Shown: positions 36,607 to 48,434 of the stretch, one piece after another
Position numbering within the stretch: the first letter of the stretch is position 1
How the letters are laid out: the number at the start of each line of letters is the position of its first letter
Origin: Scyliorhinus canicula
Taxonomy: Eukaryota
Length of the DNA stretch: 64,000 nucleotides
NCBI RefSeq assembly: GCF_902713615.1
Contig: NC_052164.1
Span: forward strand, 86,341,830 to 86,405,829
Direction of reading: 5' to 3'
Made by a program: the position numbers and the translations under genes
Notes under the pieces: generated by a model
Database searches by the model: none
Told to the model about the DNA's origin: nothing
The model's input: only the letters and a program-made list of their open reading frames with translations

Positions 36607-39600
36607 ACGGGCGGCCGACAATAATGGAAATAGACACGGGTGCGGCCGTATCAGTAATGGGAGTGGCAGCATTTAGAAAAATCAAAGATGGACTCCAGCC
36701 ACTAACCCTAACAAAAACATTGACAAAACTTAAAACCTACACGGAGGAACCCCTGGAAGTTCTAGGCACGACTCATGTACCTGTGGAATATGAGAAACAA
36801 TTGCTCAGATTACCGTTGACGATAGTAGAGGGCTCCGGACCGAGCTTAATTGGACGGAACTGGCTGAAAGACCTAAAATTAGATTGGATGAAAATTTTCC
36901 AGAGCGGAAGCGGGCAGTTGAGTGGAGTACTCCAAAAATACCCGGTGGTCTTCCAGGAAGGTTTGGGGGAAATCATAGGTGCCAAGCAACTTTGCACGTG
37001 GACTCAGAAGTCCTTCCGAAATTTTGTAAGGCCAGGCCGGTACCTTTTGCATTAAGGAAGAAAGTAGATGATGAAATAGAAAGGTTACGGCGTGACGGTG
37101 TTATCAGACCAGTACAATTCTTTGGAATGGGCAGCGCCGGTGGTACCAATTTTGAAGCCAGATGGCTCGATACGTCTCTGTGGAGATTTCAAACAGACAG
37201 TAAACAAATACGCACTGCTGGACAAATACCCAATCCCGAAAATAGACGACCTATATGCCAAATTGGCAGGTGGGCTTTTGTTCACGAAACTAGACATGAG
37301 CCACGCCTACCTGCAGTTAAAACTGGACAAGGGCTCCCAGAAGTTCGCTACGATCAACACCCTGAAGGGCCTTTTTCGTTATACTAGGCTACCTTTTGGA
37401 GTGTCATCAGCCTGCGCTATATTCCAGCGTACGATGGAAAATATTCTGCCGGGACTACCGCAGGTGGCGATTTATTTGGATGATGTCTTAATCACAGGTA
37501 GGACAAACAGGGAACACTTAAGGAACCTGGAGGAAGTGCTCAGGAGTTTCGCAAAGGCAGGCGTACGGCTAAAAAGGGAAAAATGTGTTTTTCTGGCCCC
37601 ACAAGTGACGTACCTGGGATATAAAGTAGACGAGTCAGGCTTACATCCATTAGAAGACAGTGTAAGGGCAATAAAAGAAGCCCCAGCTCCCAACACGGTC
37701 CAGGAGTTACGATAATTTCTAGGGTTGGTAACCTATTATGCAAAATTTATTGAAAATAGGGCATCCATCCTAGAACCCCTCCACCAGCTTCTAAAAAAGG
37801 GGCAAGAATGGAAATGGTCCACCCGCCAAAACCAAGCATTTAGGGACATTAAGGAACAGCTGTCATCCGAAAATGTCCTAGAGCATTATGACCCAAGGAA
37901 GGAGTTGGTGGTCACTTGTGATGCATCCCCCTACGGGGTAGGAGCTGTCTTAGCCCATAGAGGAAGGAATGGGGAAGAACGGCCAATAGCCTATGCTTCG
38001 AGGACCTTGGCGATGGCTGAGAGGAAGTACGCCCAAATCGAGAAGGAAGGACTGGCGGTGATATTCGCAGTAAAAAAATTTCACCAGTATCTGTACGGGC
38101 GGAAATTCACCATAGTGACGGACCATAAGCCGTTATTAGGGTTATTAAAAGAAGACAAGTCAATACCCCCGATTGCATCAGCTAGAATCCAACGCTGGGC
38201 GTTGCTACTGGCGGCATATAGGTACGTTCTGGAGCACAGACCGGGAACGAGAGTAGCAAATGCAGATGCTTTGAGCAGACTTCCCCTCCCGGACACTGCA
38301 CCGCAAATACCAGAAGTAGAGGAGACAGTAATGACTCTAAATTTTTTGGACACCCTACCAGTAGACGCACAACATATTCGGTTGTGGATGCAAAAAGACC
38401 AAGTTTTAGCCAAGGTGAAGCATTTACTGCTAACAGGGGAACTGGAAAGACCAGTGGAGCCCCAGATGCACCCATACTGGAGCAGAAGGGACCAAATAAC
38501 CGTAGAAGACGGTATCCTATTATGGGGAGCCCGGGTAATCGTCCCAGCTCAGGGTCGGCAGGCAATCTTAACTGAGTTACATCACGGACACCCAGGGGTG
38601 TCTAAAATGAAGATGCTAGCTCGAAGCTACGTTTGGTGGCCAGGTTTGGACACAGACATAGCAGCCTGCTGTTGGCAGGAGTGCCAACAGGGGCAAAGAG
38701 TGCCACCAGTGGCGCCATTGCACCCGTGGGAATGGCAATGCAGACCATGGACCCGCCTGCATATTGACCATGCCGGCCCTTTCATGGGCTCAATGTTTTT
38801 GGTGATAGTGGACGCCCACTCCAAATGGTTGGACGTCCACCGGGTAAACACGACGAGCTCAGCATCGACAATTGAAAAGCTCAGGGCCTCGTTTGCACCA
38901 CATGGACTTCCGGAGGTATTGGTGTCGGACAACGGAACGGCATTCACAAGTGGGGAATTTGGAAAATTCCTGAAGGAAAACGGAGTCCGTCACATCAAAA
39001 CGGCCCCTTACCATCCAGCGACCAACGGCCTGGCAGATAGAGCAGTCCAGACACTTAAAGCAGGACTCAAGAAGCAGCCGGCAGCGTCAATAGACACAAA
39101 GCTCTCCTGCTGGCTGTTTGATTACAGGACCACACCACATTCCACAACGGGCATACCGCCAGCTGAACTCTTAATGGGAAGGCAGCTGCGAACGAGGCTG
39201 AGTCTCCTTTTCCCAAATTTAACGGGGAAAGTGGAGAAACAACAGGAGGCCCAACGCAGGGGGCATGATAATAGTCGGCAGCAGAGACATTTCCAGGTGG
39301 GGGCACCTGTTTGGGTCAAGAATTATGGGAATGGACCAACGTGGGTCAAAGGCACGGTAGAATCCCAAACAGGGCCCATATCCTATGAGGTTGCAATAGG
39401 AGGTAAGGTGCTGAAGAAACACCTAGACCAAATAAGCGCAGCGGAACCACACCTGGAGGCAGGCGAAGCAGGACCGCCTCAAGCTGGGATAGCCCAGATG
39501 GAAAGGATACCCACACCCCAGCCCCGAGCAATTTCGCCAGACCCCGTCATCCAGTCATCAGAGTCGGAGATGGACACACTCGACGAGCCCGCCGCGACAT

Positions 39601-39857
39601 CTCTCCCCGAGGAGGAGGAAGAACAACTTCCAAGGAGGTCGTCAAGGAAAAGACGGGCACCTATAAGGTACACCCCGCCCACTTCGGAGGATGACCCGGC
39701 GGACAACACAGAGGTGACAGACCCAGACATTAGGAGCAGGAAGAAGCTCAGAGGAATGCGAGCTGGCAGGAATTCCTCGGACCTTGGGGGGGAGGGGTGT
39801 AATGAACTCCAATTGGCTTTATTGGTTGGCCAATTGGAGTATGAGCTCCCTCAATGA
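36603..39857 (+). pseudogene. Gypsy Pol (PR-RT-RH-IN) with several frameshifts
   Basis: Protease IDTGA; RT WAAPVVP..RLPFG..YLDD; RNase H CDASPYG..EKEGLA..TDHKPL; integrase HHGH..SDNG..PYHPATNG. Split over the ORFs at 36603, 37092 and 37725. Confidence 0.92.
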
Positions 39858-40020
39858 TAGCTCATTGAGGGGGCCCATATAATCACCTGTGTAGGCTTTG
39901 TGAGCCAGTCTTAAGTTGACTGGACTGCCAGCAGCACTGTTTGTAGCTGCTCCTGTAATATCGTTATTGTAAATAAATATTGGTGAGGTGACGGAACCCC
40001 TGCCTCCCGTGGATTACTAC

Positions 40021-40340
40021 TACTAGGGGCCTCACGGTAGCATGGTGGTTAGCATCAATGCTTCACAGCTCCAGGGTCCCAGGTTCGATTCCCGGCTGGG
40101 TCACTGTCTGTGTGGAGTCTGCACGTCCTCCCCGTGTGTGCGTGGGTTTCCTCCGGGTGCTCCGGTTTCCTGCCACAGTCCAAAGATGTGCGGGTTAGGT
40201 GGATTGGCCATGCTAAATTGCCCGTAGTGTAAGGTTAATGGGGGGATTGTTGGGTTACGGGTATACGGGTTACGTGGGTTTAAGTAGGGTGATCATTGCT
40301 CGGCACAACATCGAGGGCCGAAGGGCCTGTACTGTTCTAT
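40021..40340 (+). mobile_element. V-SINE-type SINE inserted at the end of the Gypsy 3' LTR
   Basis: Complete head and core; tail CACAACATCGAGGGCCGAAGGGCCTGTACTG nearly identical to the CR1 3' end at 8860-8891. Confidence 0.9.
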
Positions 40341-40551
40341 ATGTCGAGATAACTCTTGTGTATGTAAATAAACCATCTTTTGAACTAACTAACTGGTTGT
40401 TTGGTCATTTGATCGATATAAAGTAAGGCTTGTGGTTCACCAACATTATTACAGAGCAACACCTCCCATTCCTAATGGGTTCTAATTTTGTATATTATTG
40501 CTTCGTTCAATTGTATATTTTATTAACATTACGGCTGGTTGCTGTAATATT

Positions 40552-41492
40552 TGAACCTGACCAGAATCCAAATGAGCAGGTTCTTCCTGGAGGTGGAGGA
40601 CAGATGCGAACGGTGCCAGAGGAGCCCAGCCAACCACACCCACACGTTCTGGGCTTGTCCCAAACTTGCTGGGTTCTGGACAGCCTTCTCCGAGGCAATG
40701 TCCAATATTGTGGAGGTGAGGGTGAAACCAAGCCCAAATTTGCCAATCTTCGGGGTGTGAAAGCAGCCAGAGCTACACATGGGAAAGAGGGCCGACGCCC
40801 TAGCTTTCCCTTCCCTAATCGCACACCGGAGAATCCTGCTCGGCTGGCGATCAGTAGCACCACCCACAGCTGCAGACTGGCTAGCTGCCCTTTCGTAATT
40901 TCTCCACCTGGAGAAGATTAAATATGCCATCCAAGGGTCGGAGGAAGGCTTCCTAAATGCATGCGGGCAGTTTGTCGGCCTGTTCCAAAACCTGTTTGAG
41001 GCCAGCAACAATGCGTAGACAGGGAAACTGGAAAGTTAAAAAAGAAAAGAGAGAGGAAAAAGAAAGGAAGACAAGGAGGAACCGCAGGAATGCGCATCCT
41101 GCGGGGGAGAGGGGGGAAGAAGAGGAAGGGCTGGAGAGGCACAAAAGAGGCAATGTGAGAGGGAGGGGGCAAACCCCCCAGCCACAGGAGAGACGCGGCT
41201 GAAGCTGACGCGGGGGGGGGGGGGGGGGGGGGAGAAAGGAAAGTGGGGAAGGGGAGAAGGGGGGAACACCCCCCAGACCGACTAAAGAGGGCACAAGGGG
41301 GTGGCTGGGAAGGGTGGGGGGGGGGGGGGGGGGGGGGGGGGGAGTGGGGAGGACTGCATGCCAAGTCGTATGGCGGCAGGCTGTATATAGAACAATTCAA
41401 GGGAAGAAAAGGACAAGCCTTTCTGTGTTGTACAGTAAATGAACACAAACAGCAATTTTTGAAAATACCAATAAAAAGATTTTTAAAAAGAA
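40552..41492 (+). mobile_element. L1-clade LINE 3' fragment
   Basis: EDRCERCQRSPANHTHTFWACPKL is the ORF2 CCHC region; G-rich 3' UTR, AATAAA and A-rich tail. Confidence 0.85.
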
Positions 41493-42012
41493 ATAGAATA
41501 AACCCAGTCATTTACTAGATAGTCTTCTGTAGCAGACTAAGACCATTTCCTGAAGGCTAAGAAGGTTAAAAAGTAAGACACCACTTTCCCCACCCTCCCT
41601 AAATCCCTTTACTACTCCGCTCCTCGCTCTCTACTGTAAGCCACACTGAAGTGCTAAACTGTACTAAATTGGCTGGCTTTATATGCTGCTCAGGCAAAGG
41701 CTAACTGAGTCCATTACAACTGCTCTTCCAGTGCAAGCCTTGTTAAAAGCCTGCTTAAGGCTGTGACCTTTAGAATTTAAACTCTCCATTTCAGTTAAAT
41801 GCTACAAACTACAAACAAGATTTGATTTTTTAAAAAAGGTTTTAGAAGTTAAAACTCCTTACTCACCATCCACCAGCATTCAGTCCTAGACTATATATTC
41901 TTAAAAATTGTTTCTCACTATAATTATGTGTGTATACATAGAGGGGACAATACAATAAAGGTGGATAAAGAAATCAAAAATGACCCGAGCATAATGTATT
42001 CCATAATACAGG

Positions 42013-42018
42013 TTTATT
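42013..42018 (-). terminator. Candidate poly(A) signal AATAAA of gene B
   Basis: About 30 nt after the stop codon. Confidence 0.45.
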
Positions 42019-42048
42019 TGATATAAACTTGATATGATCATTAATATT

Positions 42049-42219
42049 TTATCTATGTTTTTTTAAATGAAACACTTTCACGCTACCTAGAATAAAAAAA
42101 ATTATAAAAGTAAAAAATATTGTAATCCCAGCAACAGTCGCAACAATGTTCAACATTTTGGCGGTCTTCGAGGCAGATGAGGCTCTTTCCAAATTTCCCA
42201 TTTGGATAGAACTGCGAAC
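42049..42219 (-). CDS. IFITM-like/dispanin (CD225) gene B, coding exon 2
   Basis: Acceptor TGTGTTTTCAG| then VRSSIQMGNLERASSASKTAKMLNIVATVAGITIFFTFIIFFILGSVKVFHLKKHR*, phase 0. Confidence 0.92.
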   Translation of the reverse strand, partial: VRSSIQMGNLERASSASKTAKMLNIVATVAGITIFFTFIIFFILGSVKVFHLKKHR

Positions 42220-43521
42220 CTGAAAACACAAATAATGATTAATGGTGGAAGGTTAATAATGGCCTATTTTATACAGAAACATTTAATGTCCAATTTTTTC
42301 ATGCATGTCTTAAAATGAAACACACAGTGACAATCAAGTCAGTAATTCGTCCAAGATCTTTGAACTTGGACGTTGTTACGTATGGCTTAGTATCACACTC
42401 TGCAGTGGATTCATCTTAGAGGGGTATGGTAGCATTACGATTATATTGCTACACTAATGATCCAAAGGGTAGAATGTTACACTCCCTCGAGGGGGCGTTA
42501 GATAGCGAGATGGAAGGTGGTGGGGCTACAATTGGCCATGGGTGCCGTTCCACCTACTGTCCTCAACTCTGTCATAGCTGGGGAATTGTTGGGCAGCCTA
42601 CCCATCCTTGGACCAACTGATGCCCTTACGTGGCTAATGCCCTCTTTGTGTCCCCATCGCAATTTTTCCTGTGCCAGGCAGTGGCCAATTGAAACTACTC
42701 GGGTCTCAATCCTCATATTATTGACAGGAAAGGTGGGGTGAGAGGGCAGGGTTACATACTTTACAAATCCTCTGGGCCCAACAGAAATCCCCTCCCGCCC
42801 CACCCCCTTTCACCACTAAGACCTTCCTCCACTCTCTAGATTTCCTCTCTCTTCCCTCGGCTCTTTACTGTCACCCACACCCCTCACGTGAGGGCCTCCT
42901 CGCCTGGCTTTGCTGAAAACCTCCCCTAAGATCACTGTTGGGGGCCGGATGCAGCCCCAGCAGTCACCACTGCTCCTGATGGGGCTGTTGGGATGAAAGA
43001 GCCATTTGATTGGCCGGCAGCTCTCGGAGACGGGACTTCCTCCAAAAATGAGATTGGAATTCTCATCCAAAGAAAATTAACGCTGCTATGAACATTAAAT
43101 TGCTGCCACGGAAGCTGGCTGGAGTGGATTTGCTGCAGACGTTTCACTGAGGAGTCCTCAGATGGAAACTTGGGCACAACGTGAAGCCCTGCCCGGAGAA
43201 TGAGTGCAAGCCCAACCACAGCAGTTTGAAAATTTGAATTCAGTTTTGTTTTTCCAGCTGGAAATAAACACGACTATCCATAGAAATGATGGCTGGAATT
43301 TGCCAGTCCTTCACCCTGGCATTTTCGAGTGCCGCTGAGGTGAATGGAGATTTCAATGGTTTGCCGGCCCTGCTGATCAGGATCCTGCAGTGACGGAGCC
43401 TAAAAAATTCAAGCCATTGTTTTGATTTTAAAATCTAACTGGTTCACCAATATCCTTTTCGGGAAGGTGACCTGCATCCTGAAGCATTGTGGCTTGCATG
43501 TGACTTCAGTCTCTCACCAAT

Positions 43522-43703
43522 AGGGGCTGGTTTAGCACACAGGGCTAAATCACTGGCTTTGAAAGCAGACCTAGACAGGCCAGCAATATGGTTCAATTCC
43601 CGTACCAGCCTCCCCGAACAGGCGCCGGAATGTGGTGACTAGGGGCTTTTCACAATAACTTCATTGAAGCCTACTCGCGACAATAAGCAATTTTCATTTT
43701 TCA
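43522..43703 (+). mobile_element. Short tRNA-derived SINE
   Basis: Head GGGGCTGGTTTAGCAC..GGTTCAATTCC; its tail is also seen at 10342-10432. Confidence 0.75.
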
Positions 43704-44964
43704 TATGGTTGATTCTTGAATGTCATCTGAAAAGACCTGCTAAAGCCACTCAGTTGATAGCAATGGCCAATAAATGGACAATACTGGGATGCAAAGAATG
43801 AACTATTGGGCAATAAGCATTATTATCTTTTTACAGAACTTATGATACATAACTCAATGACTATATATTATGATCTTTTTTTCCCAAAGGCGAAGGGAGA
43901 ATAAGATGTTACTAACCACCTGAGCCACCAATATTTAAATCAGATGCAAGCCTTGTGTACCTTTAACTTCTGACATTTGAAAATGTGACATCTAGCATGT
44001 ATTTTATGTTCAGACACGTTTGTCTTTTTTGGGAGAGTTTTTGAAATGAATCTTCAGGAGAGCTAATCAGTAACAATACCATGGCAGTCACGTACTGCAG
44101 AGCAAGATTTCACTCAAAGGCCTCACTGTATTCATATTAGTGTGCAGTGCCTAGAGGATTGCTCTCTGCATGTAACAAGACAAGTCTTAATTCAGATATA
44201 CAAGCTGAAATGCTCCTTTTAGAGATCCACTTTTCAGCCTTGGTTCATTGGCAGCACAATTGTCCATTTGTCAGAAGGATATGGGATCACGCCCAACCCC
44301 AGAAATATAAATACAGACAATCTTGGCTGTTGCTTCAGTGCAATATTGAGAGTGTTCTGCACTGTTGTATGTGTCGTCTTTCAAGTAATTGTTTTGAAAC
44401 TGTGGGACCATTTGGTTTCTCGGATGGCCTTAAAAGAAATCACATGACACTATTCAAAGCTCTGACCAATATTACTCTCTCAGGTAACAGCGCTAAAACA
44501 GACTATTTGATCAATGGTAGTTTCTGTTTGTGAGGCCTTGTGTAAATTGGCTACTGCATAACAGGGGTGACACTTTGAAAGTACTTTGGTGGTTGTAAAA
44601 AGGAATATATAAATTGAAGTTTTCACTTTTTCTCAACACTTATTTCTCTTACGAATGACAATTATTGTTTAGTTATTTTCAACTGCGAACATAACTGCTA
44701 CAGAGTCTGAACATGCTGAGTGAAAAATAAAGTCAGCACCCAGCAATCAAGAAATGAGAAAGAAGCAAAGGAAAAGACTCAGAAGTTTCATCTTAGTGAT
44801 CAGAGAGCAGCAAAGGAAAATGTTCTTTGAGACTAAGCTAGTATTTCATATTGTTCAGAGGAATGTAATGGCAGAAATTAAAATCTTCCATCACATTGCG
44901 TTCCTAAGCAAAATAATTCCATCAGTGCTCTCCCCGTACAAAATACAAACTTGTTTTTTCAATC

Positions 44965-45418
44965 TTGGGATGTGAGCATCCCAGGACCTGGCTGGGCCAG
45001 TATTCATTGCCCATCCCCAATTATCCTTGAGAAAGTGGTGATGAGCTGCCTCCTTTAAACTGCTGCAGCCCTTTTCTGTAACAGTTTGATGCAACTTAAT
45101 GTCTTGATATGCCATTTCAGAGGCTAATTAAATGTCAACTATCTTGCTGTGCGTCCAACATTACATGTAGGCCAGACCAGGTAAGGACCAGGTTTCCTCC
45201 CCTGAAGGGCATTAGTGAACCAGATGGGTTTTTCTAACAATTTAGCTGTTTCACAATTTTCATTACTGAAACTAACTTTTATTTTAGTTTCAGATATATT
45301 AATTAATTGAACGTAAATTCCCTCAGCCGCTATGGTGGGATTTGAACTCATGTTTCCAGTACTTTAGAGCCAGGCCTCTGGATTACTAGCCCAGTCATAT
45401 TACACTCTGCTACCATCA
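44965..45418 (-). mobile_element. tRNA-derived SINE, second family
   Basis: Reverse head GAGTTCAAATCCCACC; core shared with 48435-48800 and 23040-23330. Confidence 0.7.
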
Positions 45419-45483
45419 TTGAGTCTACATAAAACAAATGGACAGATTCTAGTTTGTGTTGCTGAGTTTAATTTGTGCTCATA

Positions 45484-45518
<35 letters not shown>

Positions 45519-45594
45519 CGACACCTCACCGCATGGGCTGCAGCGGTTCAAGAAGGCTGCACACCATCGACAATTAGGAATGAGCAATAAATGG

Positions 45595-45805
45595 GGAAGC
45601 ACGGTGGTGCTTTGGACCTCGGCGCCGAGGTCCCAGGCTCGATCTCGGCCCTGGGTCACTGTCTTAGTGTGGAGTTTGCACATTCTCCCCGTGTTTGCGT
45701 GGGTTTCACCCCCACAACCCAAAAGATGTGCTTGGTAGGTGGATTGGCCACACTAAATTACCATTTAATTGGAAAACATTAATTGGGCAGTCTAAATTTA
45801 TTTTA
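45595..45805 (+). mobile_element. V-SINE-type SINE (short subfamily)
   Basis: Similar to 15808-16030. Confidence 0.8.
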
Positions 45806-45876
45806 GAAAAAGGAATGGGCAATAAATGCTGGCCTAAACAAAAAGACTAAAGTATGGCAAAGAACATTACACTAAC

Positions 45877-46005
45877 CTGACATGAGTAAAACATTGCGAC
45901 TATTCCAATGGGAAAACAACAAAACAACGTATTGAAAATAGACCAGCCTAAATGGGTTTTCAGCTGTGTAGCTTCGTAACTCTGAGAGTTCGATCTCAGT
46001 GACAT
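45877..46005 (-). CDS. IFITM-like/dispanin (CD225) gene B, coding exon 1
   Basis: MSLRSNSQSYEATQLKTHLGWSIFNTLFCCFPIGIVAMFYSCQ, then donor CAG|GTTAGT. The upstream acceptor TTTTCTTTTCAG| at 46127 is homologous to that of gene A. This frame is not in the ORF track, and the start codon is uncertain. Confidence 0.88.
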
Positions 46006-46448
46006 CTTCAGATGATTCGCTCAGTGTTGTTGGGTGCCATGTTTTCAATTCTGGTGCAGTTTTGTTGACAATTTTAGTTTTTGACATATGATTTCACAGT
46101 TGTTCAAGCTATTTTTGTGAATATTTTCTGAAAAGAAAAGGACACTTAATAAAATGGTTGTAGCAGCAGTCATATATTGGCAGGAACCTAGTGCAAAGCC
46201 AAATGTGCAAAGCTGGATAAAGGCCAAAATTAATTTTGCTCATTCACAGTTCAACTTAATTTTAGTAATGCTGGTGGCGACATTGTGTGCTCTGGTGTCA
46301 GAATCTATCTATGCAATCCATTTCTTGTGTTAAGTTAACCAATAAAAATAACAGATACGTGGATTTCAGCTCCCTCCTGCCTCTCCGTGAAAGCACACAT
46401 CTGAATTTTGTGCAGTCTTTGGCACACGTCCTTCGAGCTTACAGAACG

Positions 46449-46505
46449 CACTTCCTGGATACATCAGACTCATTAAGAGGTTTTGGCTCTTCCTTTCATT
46501 TTCTA
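46449..46505 (-). promoter_or_regulatory. Candidate gene B promoter motifs: IRF-E (GAAAATGAAAG) and ETS (CAGGAAGTG)
   Basis: Motif matches at ~46493-46503 and 46449-46457, with a possible donor GTAAGC at ~46442. Confidence 0.35.
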
Positions 46506-48434
46506 TTTGAACAAAACCTGGTCAGGCCATGATTCGTGATGTTATATAGTGCTGCTCATAGCTATGACTGGCCTCAACGCAGAAACAATTTGACCATTTT
46601 TCTTGTTTAACCATTAATCAGTTTTCCTCTCTCGGTCCAATTTCAACGCGTCTCCTGAATTCCTTCCTTTGTGTTGAGACCCACCAGTGTCATTGTGAAC
46701 TGATGCTTGGTTCCAGTGCTGGTAGTGAGGATTCATTGTTTAGTGCTGTGTGAGTTTGCGAGTGGAGACTAGGTTCAGATTTTTTTCTGTGAAAAGAAGG
46801 TGACACTTGAGTACGCAGTCTCATAAATCCCCGGCAAGAGACACTGGTGGGGCTTGCTATGCTCAGTGATGTTGCTCAATGACCCTATTCAGGTGACTGT
46901 TTCTTTACATAACCAAATTTCACAATGCGAGCATTACAGTATAAACTTTGACCATGGTCAGTGCTTCTTGGATCATTGCCTTTATCTTATTAGCTTGTTT
47001 CTGACTGTGATGAAAATGGTTGCTTCCTTGGAGGGAGTCTGCCTATGTTGTCTTGCAATCGAAACTTGAGAGGAAAAAATATACCTGCCATGAATTAAAC
47101 CATTAAGGTAATAAACAAACATTAATGTGAACAGCATAACCATGTCATGTTAGAATTTGTGCAAGCAGTATGGGAGCTTTTGGTTTTTGCTGAAGCACTT
47201 CAGCAGAAGCTCATTATCTGTAGAGAGAGAAGCAAAGCTAATGGGCTAAAAATTGGTTGGCTCCTGTTTATCGTGGCGATGTTTGTGATTCGCGGCCTGT
47301 CCTAAAATGTTTCAGGTGGAGGTAGACAGCAAAGAAATTAAGTACCGAATCATGTTTACTTGATAGTAGGGCTGCTGGTTTCCGCTGCTCACAGCAGGAA
47401 TACAAGCAGCATTGTGCTGACTGTGCAGGGTGCTGTCAACCGTAGGTTCTTAAAGGCAGTCTGTCCCTTTTGAAGGGAAGCTGTATCTATTCATAGGAAG
47501 CGATTGCTGAATGATAATGCTGAAATTCTAAACAAAGTAATTTGAACAGCTGGGCAGAGGGAGTCCTCCATATTCATTGATGCGGCAGTGGAGGTCTTGG
47601 TGGAGAGGTGGATATGAGGAGAGATGTGATGACTGTGAGTGCAGGAGATCTAGGACCACTGTCAGCAAGGATTAGGAGCAGGTAGTCAAGAAAGCCAATT
47701 CCTGACGTTTGGCCTTGAGGATCTGACAGCACTGCCAGTGGATGTCTAATGACCTTACAAGGAGGTCAAAGTCAGTGAACGGATTTTCACATGCCATCTC
47801 CTACCAGTGTTCCACCCGTCTCTCATGCCATTCCATGCACCCAACTGTGGGAACCCAAACCATTGTGATTGCTGTCCCATTCCTGTTGCAGTCTTTGTGT
47901 GGATAGGTCACCTGATTATTAACATTCCTTGTGAGGATGCAGCGACACTCCCTTTCAAATTCATAAAGCCACCACCACTCTTCCAAAAATACTCCAAAGT
48001 ACTTTCAGACACTTTGCAAAAGCAGCAATTCTTCACATTTATCTTACGTACAAGTTGGGTACCTGGAGCTTTAAATGGAGAGTGCTGTGCTCCTCTTACA
48101 ACCGAATGCTTGCTCTTTGGTGAACCATTTGTTGAATGAACCCAGAAGGCCCAAATTAGGAGAATAGATACCAGTGTTAGGGCTGTGTGACCTCCTGGTG
48201 CATCTGTATCCAATACACATAGGGGCATCCAAATGAGTGCCATTCACAAGTGCCAGAAAGAGTTGACAGCATAGCACACAACTCTTGGAGAGTGATTGAC
48301 TTATTTTGTGAACTGATGTGAACTCAGAGACCAAAATTTCAATTCAATGTACGTACGTTTCCGGTGAAACACCGGTAAACCTGAAATGTTAACTCAATTT
48401 CTCTCCCCACAGATAGTTTTTTAAAAATTAATTG

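Larger units (their letters stand above)
35425..40020 (+). mobile_element. Near-complete Ty3/Gypsy LTR retrotransposon
   Basis: 5' LTR 35425-35646 and 3' LTR 39798-40020 (about 7 substitutions and one 2-bp indel by eye). PBS TGGCGACGAGG at 35648-35658 is complementary to the tRNA-Ser(GCT) 3' end. PPT at 39786-39797; ATGT on both flanks. Confidence 0.95.
34787..40461 (+). mobile_element. Solo LTR (34787-35424 plus ~40341-40461) split by a Gypsy element
   Basis: TGTAGCCATCT..AGCAACA termini as at 23949-24816, shared blocks GAAGTTAAGTATAGG and TTTGAACTAACTAACTGGT, and flanks ACTC / CCTC (4-bp TSD, one mismatch). Confidence 0.85.

Noticed and set aside
36600-37730. Frame changes in Gypsy gag-pol as programmed frameshifts
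   Set aside because: Several breaks fall inside conserved PR/RT regions without slippery motifs; they are better explained by decay or sequencing indels.
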